Below are positions 52,372 to 62,220 of a stretch of 64,000 nucleotides of DNA, piece after piece. The stretch is taken from positions 4,864,001-4,928,000 of the forward strand of contig OY762428.1 in the NCBI GenBank assembly GCA_963665665.1, read 5' to 3'. The position numbers were made by a program, and so were the translations under genes. This DNA comes from Candidatus Kapaibacterium sp. GTDB taxonomy: Bacteria; Bacteroidota; Ignavibacteria; Kapaibacteriales; UBA2268. Each line of letters begins with the position of its first letter. The first letter of the stretch is position 1. The notes under the pieces are model-generated. The model saw only the letters and a list, made by a program, of their open reading frames with translations. It did not search any database and was not told the DNA's origin.

Positions 52372-53217
52372 ATGAGAATGGCAAAGATTTATAAAATTCT
52401 GATACTAATAATTATTCTTACTTTTTCAAATTCCTGCATGAATTTTAAATATGCAAAAGAAAAGCGTTTAAATCCATCATGCCCCACTTCAATTAGTGGT
52501 AAACTTGTTTATAATATTCCAAAAGTTCATATCGAAGAAGATATCCTGTTTCTGAAAGGCAGAAAAGAAAAAAACATACTATTCGGAAAGATCACAGGTA
52601 AAACTGATAAAGGTTTTTTGTTTGATCCTTCTGCTACCTACAGGTCTGACCGGCCTGAAAAAGAATTTGAATTTGATGAAATTGAATGCCTTATGGATAC
52701 AACAAGAGAATGTGTTTTTGGTGAAGTCCCGGAAAAATATAAGAAAAAGTTAGAATCATTTGATCCGGAAAAATTTGGCTGGAATGTAAAATTATTTGTA
52801 AAGCCATTTGACGATCCCGATTCGAAACAAATAATTATTACAATGAAAAGCGGTGAAGAGTTCGCCTATTGTTTGCCGGCAGGAAAATATTTTATCGAGA
52901 AAGTCAAATTTGACCGAAAGGCAAAATACTTTTCTGATGTTTGTGATTATGTACCGAGAATTACTTTAGATGTAAGAGAAGGTGTCGACAATTATATTGG
53001 GCATCTTGTATTGGATGATGACGATAGGTTCGATTCAAATACATATCATTTCCACTGCAAAATACTGAGTCGTCCCGATGATTATTCCGGCTATAAATTG
53101 TTCGGATTGTTTTACGCAGTATATCGTGATACACGTAGCCCTTTTCACACTATTACTATTGATGACAGCCTGGATATAGATGATAGCAGAACAAAATCCA
53201 TACTACAACTCAGATAG
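52372..53217 (+). CDS. Hypothetical lipoprotein
   Basis: Lipobox-like SNSC after a hydrophobic stretch; LPAGKY..YIGHL. Confidence 0.65.
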   Translation: MRMAKIYKILILIIILTFSNSCMNFKYAKEKRLNPSCPTSISGKLVYNIPKVHIEEDILFLKGRKEKNILFGKITGKTDKGFLFDPSATYRSDRPEKEFEFDEIECLMDTTRECVFGEVPEKYKKKLESFDPEKFGWNVKLFVKPFDDPDSKQIIITMKSGEEFAYCLPAGKYFIEKVKFDRKAKYFSDVCDYVPRITLDVREGVDNYIGHLVLDDDDRFDSNTYHFHCKILSRPDDYSGYKLFGLFYAVYRDTRSPFHTITIDDSLDIDDSRTKSILQLR

Positions 53218-53312
53218 AGTGTGCATAATTATTGAACAATGAATTATAAGCATTGATTGTAAATACCAGTAAATTTTAAATTATAATCAGGATAACCAAA
53301 TAATCTGATTAT

Positions 53313-54623
53313 TTATAAATTCAATTCTCTTAGTAATGCCTGCTTTTCAATTTCCAATTGCCTTATTTTTCTTTCCACGGCATTTAATTCGTCCGGCATA
53401 CTGGCTATTTCTATCCTTCTCTTACTGGCGGCTTCGTCTATAAGGTCAATTGCTTTGTCCGGCAGGAACCTGTCGGTTATATATCTGTTGGATAGCTCTG
53501 CGGCAGATACTATTGCCGAATCCTGAATCCTTACACCGTGGTGAACTTCATATTTTTCTTTCAGGCCCCTTAATATTGATATTGTATCATCAACTGTCGG
53601 TTCCCGGATAATTACTTTTTGGAACCGTCTTTCGAGCGCGGCATCTTTTTCAATATGTTTCTGGTATTCATCCAGGGTAGTGGCCCCGATACAGTGCAAT
53701 TCTCCACGGGCAAGTGCAGGTTTTAATATATTGGCAGCATCCATTGATCCGCTTGTAGCTCCTGCACCGATCAGGGTATGCAGTTCATCAATGAATAGTA
53801 TAAATTCACCGTTGGATTCTTCAACTTCTTTAAGTATTGCCTTAAGCCTTTCTTCAAATTGTCCCCGGAAGCTTGTTCCGGCAACAAGGGTTGCCATATC
53901 AAGAGCAACGAGTGATTTTGATTTCAGGTTTTCCGGTACATCCTCGTTTACTATTCTCTGGGCAATACCCTCGACAATAGCAGTTTTCCCAACTCCCGGT
54001 TCGCCAATCAAAACAGGGTTGTTCTTTGTTCTGCGGGAAAGAACCTGCATCACCCGGCGAATTTCATCTTCGCGGCCTATAACCGGGTCGATCTTGCCTG
54101 CTTTTACCTCGTCATTAATTAAACGTCCGAATTTTTTCAATGCCTGGTATTTATCTTCCGGATTATTATCAGTTACCCTCTGATTACCGCGAATTTTTGC
54201 CAGAACTTTTAAAATCCGATTTCTGTCAATTCCATTTTGTTTCAGGTATTTTCCAATTCTGTCAGGTGAATCTGCAATAGATATGAAGATATGTTCAACA
54301 GATACATATTCGTCCTTTAATTGAGTGGCTTCATTTTGTGCATTATTCAGAACTTTCCTGAGTTCATTTGATAAATACAACCCTACATTTACAGCATCCT
54401 TTACCTTGGGGAGGCTTTCCATGAATTCATTAATTTTAATTTTTATATTCGAAATATTTGCGCCAAGCTGATTTATTATTTCAGGCACTACCCCGTCGCT
54501 GTCCTGAATTAGCGCTGCAAAAAGATGTATTGGTTCTATACCCTGATTTTCATACCCGGCAGCAATTTCCTGAGCATTTTGTATTGCTTCCTGTGACTTT
54601 AACGTGAATTTCTGAAAATTCAT
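53313..54623 (-). pseudogene. clpB: C-terminally truncated ClpB (N-domain + NBD1 only)
   Basis: [36 protein letters not shown]; ends at [13 protein letters not shown] (436 aa); no remainder in the window. Confidence 0.8.
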
Positions 54624-54773
54624 TTTCTGATCTCCCTAAATATTCAACATCGGAAATTCCCGGTTATTCCAACATGAATATTAAAGTAAATAGGATGATT
54701 TTATTTTAAATTATTGCCTTTTACTCAGATGGTTTGAATTTATTGTATAATTTATATGAAAAAATAAAAAAAA

Positions 54774-54864
54774 TGTTATTCCGTGCGAGCCTGCAAGCGA
54801 AGAATCCATCTTTATCTTTAATATTCATTGAAAGATGCTCTCTTTGCTGTAGCTCAGTGTGACA
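54774..54864. repeat. Degenerate REP-like element (GTCAT..GCGAAGAATC..GCTCAG..TGAC family)
   Basis: tgttattccgtgcgagcctgcaagcgaagaatcc...gctcagtgtgaca. Confidence 0.5.
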
Positions 54865-54956
54865 TTTGGCTCTGATTTTTTCTGTATCCAACATAATTTT
54901 CTTTTATAGCTGTGTAGTTACAATGATTGTTATGAGAAAAAAATTTTTAAAATCAG

Positions 54957-54984
54957 GTAACCGCTATCAAATGCCCTGCGTCTA
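54957..54984 (+). promoter_or_regulatory. ECF-type promoter
   Basis: GTAACC-N16-CGTCTA, about 50 bp before the 55034 start. Confidence 0.6.
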
Positions 54985-55033
54985 ACCCGGTAAGAAACGA
55001 AAATGATTATTGAAAAATTATAAGAGGTAAAGA

Positions 55034-55384
55034 ATGCCTGAAGAATTAATACCCCTGGCCGGGATACTTTCGATGTTCGGAACTCTTTTTGGAGTAGTAT
55101 ATTTATTTTTAACAACTCGCAACAGGGAGCGCCTTGCAATGATAGAAAAGGGAATCGATGCTAAGATATTTTATGAGAAAAAACCAAAATCCTATCTTGT
55201 AATTAAAATTGGTATGGCTGCAATCGGTATTGGTATTGGTATTTTCTTTGGCAAATTACTTGTTTCGGCAGGTATGGGTGAAGAAATGATTGCTGCCATG
55301 ATGTTTGTATTTGGCGGTATCGGGCTGGTAATTGCATATTTCATCGAAAGCAAACTCAGAGCCGGTGAGAAAAAAGAAGATTAA
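55034..55384 (+). CDS. DUF6249 family membrane protein
   Basis: RNRERLAMIEKG, IGIGIG, FGGIGLVIAY. Confidence 0.8.
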   Translation: MPEELIPLAGILSMFGTLFGVVYLFLTTRNRERLAMIEKGIDAKIFYEKKPKSYLVIKIGMAAIGIGIGIFFGKLLVSAGMGEEMIAAMMFVFGGIGLVIAYFIESKLRAGEKKED

Positions 55385-55415
55385 TGTTTACGGCTAACAT
55401 CCTGATATATCCTTC

Positions 55416-55447
55416 GCCCGGTTTAGATAAGCCGGGCTTGTTTTTTT
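55416..55447 (+). terminator. Intrinsic terminator
   Basis: gcccggttt...aagccgggc + T-run. Confidence 0.7.
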
Positions 55448-56166
55448 TATTGAAAATTCAAGGTCCTGATGTATTTGTCCTGTTTCGTGAAAATTATACC
55501 CCAACCTTCCCGAAATGATATCTGCATGCTGATCGGGCTGAGGCTTCTTGTTTTCAATCCATTAGGGAAATTATATATCGAGCTGTCAGGAATGCTTTCT
55601 GTCCTTACAACATCAATAATACAGTGAAAATCATTTTCTTCAATATCGCTAAGTTCTTCGGGAGGAGAAGAGAGGCGGTTAGCGCTGACCCTGATATCCC
55701 GAAGTACATCAATCACAATAACTTTTGATTCGTGAATTATATTGGCCTTAGCATTTTTCGTGTATGATTCATTCCATTCCTGATTAGAAAAATCGGCAAG
55801 AATATGCCAGTCAGGAGCGAAATCCGTGCAGCTGATTTTCATGAATGGTTCAAGTATCCTGCCGTGAAGAAGTATTTTATTATCTTCAAAGGATAAGCAA
55901 AAAAGCGAGGGGGCATAAGTGGGAATAGAATATTGCATCAGGTAAACATGTTTCCCAAGGCTGTCCTTTTCCTCAATAAACGATAATGTATCGATTCTGT
56001 TTGTTGATTCATAGCTGTAAGTATATAGATATCGGGTTTGTTGAGAAAAATTGTAAATATCATCTGCAACAACTGTTTCTGTTGGTTCTTCGCTGCTACT
56101 GCATGAAGCCAGGATAGCAGATATTAAAATAAACAGGCTGAATATGTGAAATTTGTTTATAAGCAT
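55447..56166 (-). CDS. Hypothetical lipoprotein
   Basis: LASC lipobox. Confidence 0.7.
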   Translation of the reverse strand: MLINKFHIFSLFILISAILASCSSSEEPTETVVADDIYNFSQQTRYLYTYSYESTNRIDTLSFIEEKDSLGKHVYLMQYSIPTYAPSLFCLSFEDNKILLHGRILEPFMKISCTDFAPDWHILADFSNQEWNESYTKNAKANIIHESKVIVIDVLRDIRVSANRLSSPPEELSDIEENDFHCIIDVVRTESIPDSSIYNFPNGLKTRSLSPISMQISFREGWGIIFTKQDKYIRTLNFQ

Positions 56167-56232
56167 GGTTAATCATTTTAAAATATAATAAAAAAACTGA
56201 AATGTAGAGATTACAACTTAGTCTGATACAAT

Positions 56233-56970
56233 TTATTCTTCCAATTCTTCCAAAAGATATTCATCATCATCTTCATAAGTTTCTTCATTTTCAACTATCT
56301 CGCTGCCCTTCTTTTTCAAGGTTCTGTAAATGCATACCTGGAAAGCTTCTTTCGCTTTCGAAGGTGAATTTGCCATGTAATTGACAAGTTCGGCGCTGAT
56401 ACCTCCTAAGAATAGTAAAAAACTTAAACTGGTTTCACTATAACTACGGGATGATGGAGGTATTGTAACAATGGCTCCCAAGGTTCCGATTTCGAAGTAC
56501 ATACCAAAAGATCTTGATATGCAATAGCTTCCTATAACACGGGATACTATTTTACCTGTTTTAACATCCAAAACCTGAATCTCGATATTTGCAGTTTCCT
56601 TCTTCCGTGTTACAAGTAGGAAATCCGAATAATCCGAATACAAATAGTATGTTGGCAAAAGGAGATAATCCAAATTAAATTCATTACCTGTTTTTGTTAA
56701 TTCAGAAATTTCATTTGACGGAAGAATCTGGGAAAGTTCAACGACCATTGATGGATTATGTGTCTTGATTGCTTCAGATATATGGTTAGAATTATTACTT
56801 ACAAAACTTTTAAATTCAGGCAATGAAGCAGCGTTATAGTTTTCAACTATGCCAATTTTTTTTCCTTCTAAATCAGGAAATTTTTCTGTTCTGGCTGTTT
56901 GGAAAGATGTTGAGCAAGATGTAATTAAAGCAGCAAAAACCAAAATTAGCGGGCAGATAAATTTTTTCAT
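56233..56970 (-). CDS. Hypothetical lipoprotein with C-terminal hydrophobic segments and acidic tail
   Basis: MKKFICPLILVFAALITSC. Confidence 0.65.
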   Translation of the reverse strand: MKKFICPLILVFAALITSCSTSFQTARTEKFPDLEGKKIGIVENYNAASLPEFKSFVSNNSNHISEAIKTHNPSMVVELSQILPSNEISELTKTGNEFNLDYLLLPTYYLYSDYSDFLLVTRKKETANIEIQVLDVKTGKIVSRVIGSYCISRSFGMYFEIGTLGAIVTIPPSSRSYSETSLSFLLFLGGISAELVNYMANSPSKAKEAFQVCIYRTLKKKGSEIVENEETYEDDDEYLLEELEE

Positions 56971-57109
56971 AATTTCCCCAAAAGTTAAATTGAAAAACAA
57001 ATTGAAAATCAAATTTAAGAAAGGAATGGCAATTAAACAATCCATTTGAAATTATATTCATCAGATTTATGTAAATTTGATTTTTTTTAAATTGATATTT
57101 GTAAATTCT

Positions 57110-58195
57110 ATGCTAATATTTAGTCGTTTGTCTGTGTTTCTGATATTATTATTTCCGTTGCTTTTGAAAGCTGATGATAGTATCAACGTTGCCGATAATT
57201 ATTTTTACCATGCTTATGATTACGGGTCCGAAGCTGTTTATAATCCTGTTAATCTGATATTAAATTGTAGTTATGATGTGATTCAGCTTGACAATCGAAG
57301 CAGAAACATATTTGATTATCCTTATTCAAAATCTGCAAAAAATTTGTGGAAAAATCTGAAGGATCCAATAAATGTAATCAATAAATTCGGTTGGTATGAA
57401 TTTATTGAAAGCGAAATTTTCCCTTTTACATTGAAATCAAAAAAAGGACAATGGTGGCCAAACTACCAGTTACACCTGATAGGCGGCGGTATGACGTATA
57501 CTGCCCTAAAGGAATGGTATGAATATCATGGCTGTGAATATCCCTGGATACCATCTGTTGTAACTACCGCTACTTATCATATTCTGAACGAACTTGTTGA
57601 AAATCAGGATCATGTGGGTAGAAACGTTGACCCGATAGCTGATATTTATTTCTTTGATATACTTGGAATATGGCTTTTCAGTTATGATAACGTAAATAAA
57701 TTCTTTAGTGAAGAACTGAACATGGCTGATTGGTCCATGCAGCCTTCCTTTGTTCTGCCGTCAGGTGAACTGCATAATAACGGGCAGTATTTTTCTGTTA
57801 AATGGTATTTGCCATTCTATGATAAGGCAGCAATTTTCTATTATTTTGGTATGAATGCCCTTATCGGAGCTTCTTACCGTCTGAATGAAGAATATAATAT
57901 ATCTTTCGGAGCAGGCCTGCGTGCCAGGAATAATTTTCTTGTAAAGGAGGAAGGCCGGCAATTATCTGTTTCAATGGTATGGAATGCCGGGCTTTTCTAC
58001 GACAGAAATAATTCGCTCCTGGCATCATTGCATCTTAGCGGGCTTACCGACAATTTTGTAACACTGAACATTTATCCCGGAGTGGTAAAATTTGGTAAAT
58101 TTTCTCCTGGTTTGTGGGGCGCGTATCGCAGGGGCGGTAACTTTATTTTCGGACTAACTACTGTTTATACTCCGGGAATTGGTTATGGAAGATAA
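57110..58195 (+). CDS. Hypothetical exported/outer-membrane protein
   Basis: Signal peptide; NYQLHLIGGG, NELVEN, DPIADIY; C-terminal beta strands. Confidence 0.7.
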   Translation: MLIFSRLSVFLILLFPLLLKADDSINVADNYFYHAYDYGSEAVYNPVNLILNCSYDVIQLDNRSRNIFDYPYSKSAKNLWKNLKDPINVINKFGWYEFIESEIFPFTLKSKKGQWWPNYQLHLIGGGMTYTALKEWYEYHGCEYPWIPSVVTTATYHILNELVENQDHVGRNVDPIADIYFFDILGIWLFSYDNVNKFFSEELNMADWSMQPSFVLPSGELHNNGQYFSVKWYLPFYDKAAIFYYFGMNALIGASYRLNEEYNISFGAGLRARNNFLVKEEGRQLSVSMVWNAGLFYDRNNSLLASLHLSGLTDNFVTLNIYPGVVKFGKFSPGLWGAYRRGGNFIFGLTTVYTPGIGYGR

Positions 58196-58338
58196 TGATC
58201 AGGAATTATATGGCAAATTTGAAAAATTGGGAATTTACAACTTTTATTATCATAAAAGCATCTGATTTGTTATATTTGCCCTGTTATTAATACATTTAAT
58301 CTGAAGCAGAAAACTTTTATTTTTTAAGGGAGAGCCAC

Positions 58339-59463
58339 ATGTATTTTTCAGGCACAATAGAGATTGACCCCTCGCAATTGACTCATATCAAAAGAGTAAA
58401 GCCTACAAAACTTTTTGGAAAACTTTTGAACGCATTGACATTCGGTTCGATGAGCGATAAGCAGGAACACGAAACTTTTACTGCTATATCAATCCTTCAG
58501 CAAATGAACATGGGATTACGTTCTCTGAATATTCAAAATGTAATTCGCCTTGCTGTGGACGATTACGATTTTTACCTTGACGAAAAAGGTGTTGATGATG
58601 ATATGAGCCAGGCAATGTTTGAATTCAAAGCCAAAATTGACCCGCTGGAATCGGAAGTCTTTGATTCAATATATCTTGTGCTGGAACATCTTGAAGACAA
58701 CCTGAAGTATGTTCTGGAAATTTCTATTGACAGGAAACATAAGGTAGGGGAATACCCCATACAAATTTCTGTAAACGGTGTGCTTTCGGATTTCAAACGC
58801 CTGGAAGGTGAATCTGCCGAGGATCTGGAAAAACGCCTTGAACCGGTTTTCAGCGACCAGCAGACTTATGATACTTATATTACAAAGCACTGGGCTGTTT
58901 TCGAGCGTTTCCTTGATAATCTTTCCCTTGCTATCAGAAAAGTGATGAAAGTTGATGATGTTATCAAAAAATCCAACAAACAGATGGTAAGGCCAAAACA
59001 ACCTGTCAGGGATGTTAATGACATGCAAAGGCATACCGGCGGGCAGCCCGTTTATCATGGATATTACGGTTTCCAGGATTATTTCTTCTACTCGATGCTT
59101 TGGTCCATGAGCATGCACAGCCACGGAATGTATGTTAATAATGTGACTATAGTTGATGACAACGGCCAGAACGTTATGGATGTGGGCGAGGAAGGCTTCA
59201 ATGCCGGGGAAACAGATACATTGAATCCCGAAGCTGATTTCGTTGCCCCCGAGGGTGGCGATATTGATTATTACGGTGACAATCAGTTCGAATCCGAGAT
59301 CAGCGATGCTGATGTACTCAGCTCCCAAACCGGCGGCAGCGATATGGTGGACGACAGCGGATGGATGGATTCAGGGGATGCAGGCGGCGATTCCGCTTCG
59401 TGTTCTTCCTGTTCATCATGCAGTTCCTGCTCATCCTGCGGCGGTTGCGGCGGTTGCAATTAA
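58339..59463 (+). CDS. Hypothetical protein with acidic region and (CSS)4(CGG)2C tail
   Basis: GGGGAG RBS; C-terminus SASCSSCSSCSSCSSCGGCGGCN. Confidence 0.8.
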   Translation: MYFSGTIEIDPSQLTHIKRVKPTKLFGKLLNALTFGSMSDKQEHETFTAISILQQMNMGLRSLNIQNVIRLAVDDYDFYLDEKGVDDDMSQAMFEFKAKIDPLESEVFDSIYLVLEHLEDNLKYVLEISIDRKHKVGEYPIQISVNGVLSDFKRLEGESAEDLEKRLEPVFSDQQTYDTYITKHWAVFERFLDNLSLAIRKVMKVDDVIKKSNKQMVRPKQPVRDVNDMQRHTGGQPVYHGYYGFQDYFFYSMLWSMSMHSHGMYVNNVTIVDDNGQNVMDVGEEGFNAGETDTLNPEADFVAPEGGDIDYYGDNQFESEISDADVLSSQTGGSDMVDDSGWMDSGDAGGDSASCSSCSSCSSCSSCGGCGGCN

Positions 59464-59480
59464 TAAAATATGAATACATT

Positions 59481-59520
59481 AGGGGAAGGCTTATACATGT
59501 TAAAACAGCTGGCCTTCCCC
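59481..59520 (+). terminator. Hairpin after the 58339 gene
   Basis: ggggaaggc...gccttcccc. Confidence 0.5.
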
Positions 59521-59570
59521 AGACTTATTCCCAATCTTTGATTTCACCTGTCCCACGCCGGCGCATGGAT

Positions 59571-59828
59571 TGTCATACTGAGCGAAGCGAAGTATCCATT
59601 CTTTATACATTATCTGCAAAGTAAATGTGGACTTCCTCTGTTGCAAGAGCAGCGAAATCATATAAAAAAGCTCCGTAGGAGCGGAATTTTTGTAGATAAT
59701 ATTTGCATAATCTTCATTCAAAGCTCCGTAGGAGCGACATCTGAAATGTAAATGCCGCCCCGACGGGGCTGTTATTCATCCCGGGATCGATTTACTACAA
59801 AAATGTCGCGGCTACGCCGCTATCCTTC
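59571..59828. repeat. Composite REP cluster (GTCAT family + GCTCCGTAGGAGC/GCCCCGACGGGGC/GCGGCTACGCCGC)
   Basis: tgtcatactgagcgaagcgaagtatcc, then palindromes homologous to 19986-20105. Confidence 0.8.
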
Positions 59829-59886
59829 ATTCCGATGAATAGGGGGATGACGGATAGGAATATCTTCCTGGGACAGATTTGCCATT

Positions 59887-60075
59887 ATTTACCACAAAAT
59901 ATCAATCATATATCCCACAATTCTGATTTTTTATATCAAAATAGTGATCCTATTGCTGAGAAAATCAATTCTTTATCTCATAATATTGATTCTTACTTTC
60001 AAAATTGTGAATCAATATCATAAAAATCTGATCATTTGAACTATAATTCCGATTCTTTATTTCAAAATAATAAAT
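59887..60075. repeat. Degenerate AT-rich 21-bp tandem array (9 units)
   Basis: Units such as ttttatatcaaaatagtgatc, ctttatctcataatattgatt, ctttatttcaaaataataaat in exact 21-nt register. Confidence 0.8.
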
Positions 60076-60662
60076 ACACGGATTATTTGAATGAAGCCTA
60101 ATCCTGTAAATGATTTGATGTGTGCAATTGGTTAGTATCGGATAATCGGGTTAATATTTAGTAAGTGTAATCTATTATATATTTTATTTATCAGAGTATA
60201 TAATCATCATAAATTTATATTTTATCGGTATATTTTATTAAAATTTTAATCTATTTTATGCTTGATATAGTTTATCTAACTAAATTCCTTATTTATATTA
60301 TTGATTAATTTATGTATATGATAAAATAATGAGTTATGCTAATTGTATATTATATTTGTCCTATTATATAATAAAGTGTTATAATTTATTAGGCTAATCT
60401 GTTTTTTACTAAATAAGGATGCTTATTTAATATGAAATGAAATGGAATTAATATTATGAGTTAATTATTTACTAATATGAATATGTTATTTAATATTTTT
60501 GATTGATTATTTATGGTTTTTGGTTAGGGAATTACTAAATTATTTAATATAAATATTAATTGTTATTATTTTAATTGTTGTATAAGTAGATTATTTCTTT
60601 GAACTTATAATTTAATTACTTATATTAATATTAGTAATCATATTATATATCGGGGAGATATA

Positions 60663-61577
60663 ATGTCTGTAATACTAAACAATAATTTCTCGCAGGATAC
60701 TCATGATATCAGGGCTGAAAGGCTTAGGAAAATCCAGGATAATCATGATTTTATTCGTGATGAGCTTCATGCGCCGGAGGAGATTTGTATTTGGGCTGAG
60801 GACTGCTATGATATATTCATGGATAAGATTAGTTCGTCGGCGGTGGACACTGCGCAGTGGCATTCACAGACCTTTTCGGTGCAGAACATGCTTAGGGAGC
60901 TGACGGAATGTTATCAGATTGTGCGGGCGTTGGGTATTCCGATTTACGCGGATGATCAGAAGCATCTGAAAGATTTTGATTTTGGTCTGAGGTTCCCAAA
61001 GTCGCGCCTGGAGATGCTTTCGAGGGCCGAGCTGATTATTGAAGTGCACAACCGGCACGTTCAGGAGGGGCTGCCGAAAACTATTCCGCAGCTGATGATC
61101 GACAGGCTGGCTGCGGCGATTGCCGAAACGGAGCTGGCGATGGAGGAACAGGAGCAGAAAAAGAAGCGCGCGATGCACAGCACTGCGGAGCTGAAGGAGC
61201 TGATGAAGGCCGACGAGTGGCTGCTGACCTTGCTGAAGGGCTGGTGGCGCGGGGTGATGGGCAAGGATTCGGTGCTGATACAGAAAATCGGGATGGTGAA
61301 CCTGAAAAGGCGCGGAAACCCGCACAGGCCCGAGGCTCCGGCGGATTTTGACTATGATGCCGCGCAGGAAGTTTTTTCCTGGCCGGAGGTGGAGGGCGCG
61401 ACAAGCTACGAGATTGTGACGCGGAGCGCAAAAAAGGGTAAAAAATGGCGGAAAGCCTGGCGGGGACGCGTTCTGAGCGCTATGCTGCCGCCACCGGAGA
61501 GTCCGTCCGAGTACGCCGTGCGCGCGCGCAACCATAATGGCTACGGGCTGATAAGCGCTGTGGTGGCGGTGGGATAG
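60663..61577 (+). CDS. Hypothetical protein: helical N-terminal region + C-terminal fibronectin type III-like domain
   Basis: GGGGAG RBS; PEAPADF..FSWPEVEGATSYEI..YAVRARNHNGYG Fn3 pattern; no signal peptide. Confidence 0.8.
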   Translation: MSVILNNNFSQDTHDIRAERLRKIQDNHDFIRDELHAPEEICIWAEDCYDIFMDKISSSAVDTAQWHSQTFSVQNMLRELTECYQIVRALGIPIYADDQKHLKDFDFGLRFPKSRLEMLSRAELIIEVHNRHVQEGLPKTIPQLMIDRLAAAIAETELAMEEQEQKKKRAMHSTAELKELMKADEWLLTLLKGWWRGVMGKDSVLIQKIGMVNLKRRGNPHRPEAPADFDYDAAQEVFSWPEVEGATSYEIVTRSAKKGKKWRKAWRGRVLSAMLPPPESPSEYAVRARNHNGYGLISAVVAVG

Positions 61578-61738
61578 GCGGAAGGGGAAATATGTGTCGG
61601 TATTTTTAAATAATAACGAAGAAGTTGCACCTGAATATTGTTAGTTCTCAAATGAAAAATAAAAATCCCGTTTTAAAAAAACGGGAAATTAAAAATTGAC
61701 ATCAAATATTGATCTTCAGCCCTGAATGAACTTTGAAA

Positions 61739-62173
61739 TCATACTTTTGCTTCAACCAGTTCATTTATTGAACTTACAATAATTCCTTTATCCACACTGC
61801 CGTTCAGAGCAACAAACACTGTGTCATCGCCTGCTATAGTACCGACAACCCCGGGTAGTTCTTTGGTATCGATACTCACCGCCAGGCTGCTGGCCGAGCC
61901 GGGTTTGGTCCGAATAACATATACAAGTGACGAAAACATTTTTTCATTCAGGCCTACATGCTCATCGGAACTATTGGGAAAATAATATTTATATTTTCCT
62001 GAATTTGTCATTATGCGGGCTGTTTTTAGGTCTTTAAGATCTCTTGAAATGGTTGCCTGGGTTGCTTTAATTCCTAACTCTTTCAATTCCGTATTCAGAT
62101 GTTCCTGATTGTAAATATCTTTCGAAAGAATTAGTTTCCTGATTATTCCCTGTCTTTTTCTTTTGTTTTTCAT
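61739..62173 (-). CDS. argR: Arginine repressor
   Basis: NQEHL, ATQATISRDLKDL, TKPGSA, GTIAGDDTVFV. Confidence 0.93.
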   Translation of the reverse strand: MKNKRKRQGIIRKLILSKDIYNQEHLNTELKELGIKATQATISRDLKDLKTARIMTNSGKYKYYFPNSSDEHVGLNEKMFSSLVYVIRTKPGSASSLAVSIDTKELPGVVGTIAGDDTVFVALNGSVDKGIIVSSINELVEAKV

Positions 62174-62181
62174 ACTCTCAT

Positions 62182-62220
62182 GATGTATAAACATACAAAC
62201 TCTCTGCAAAAATATCCAAT
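62182..62220. promoter_or_regulatory. Tandem ARG boxes upstream of argR
   Basis: Cores TGTATAAACATACA (62184-62197) and TGCAAAAATATCCA (62205-62218), i.e. 18-bp boxes 3 bp apart. Confidence 0.65.

Noticed and set aside
60121-60128. TGTGCAAT (and TTGCAC at 61625) as the terminal motif of the A/B elements
   Set aside because: Short matches, one in the wrong orientation; chance cannot be excluded
60100-60660. Replication origin
   Set aside because: AT-rich, but no cluster of TTATCCACA DnaA boxes and no oriC-type neighbouring genes seen
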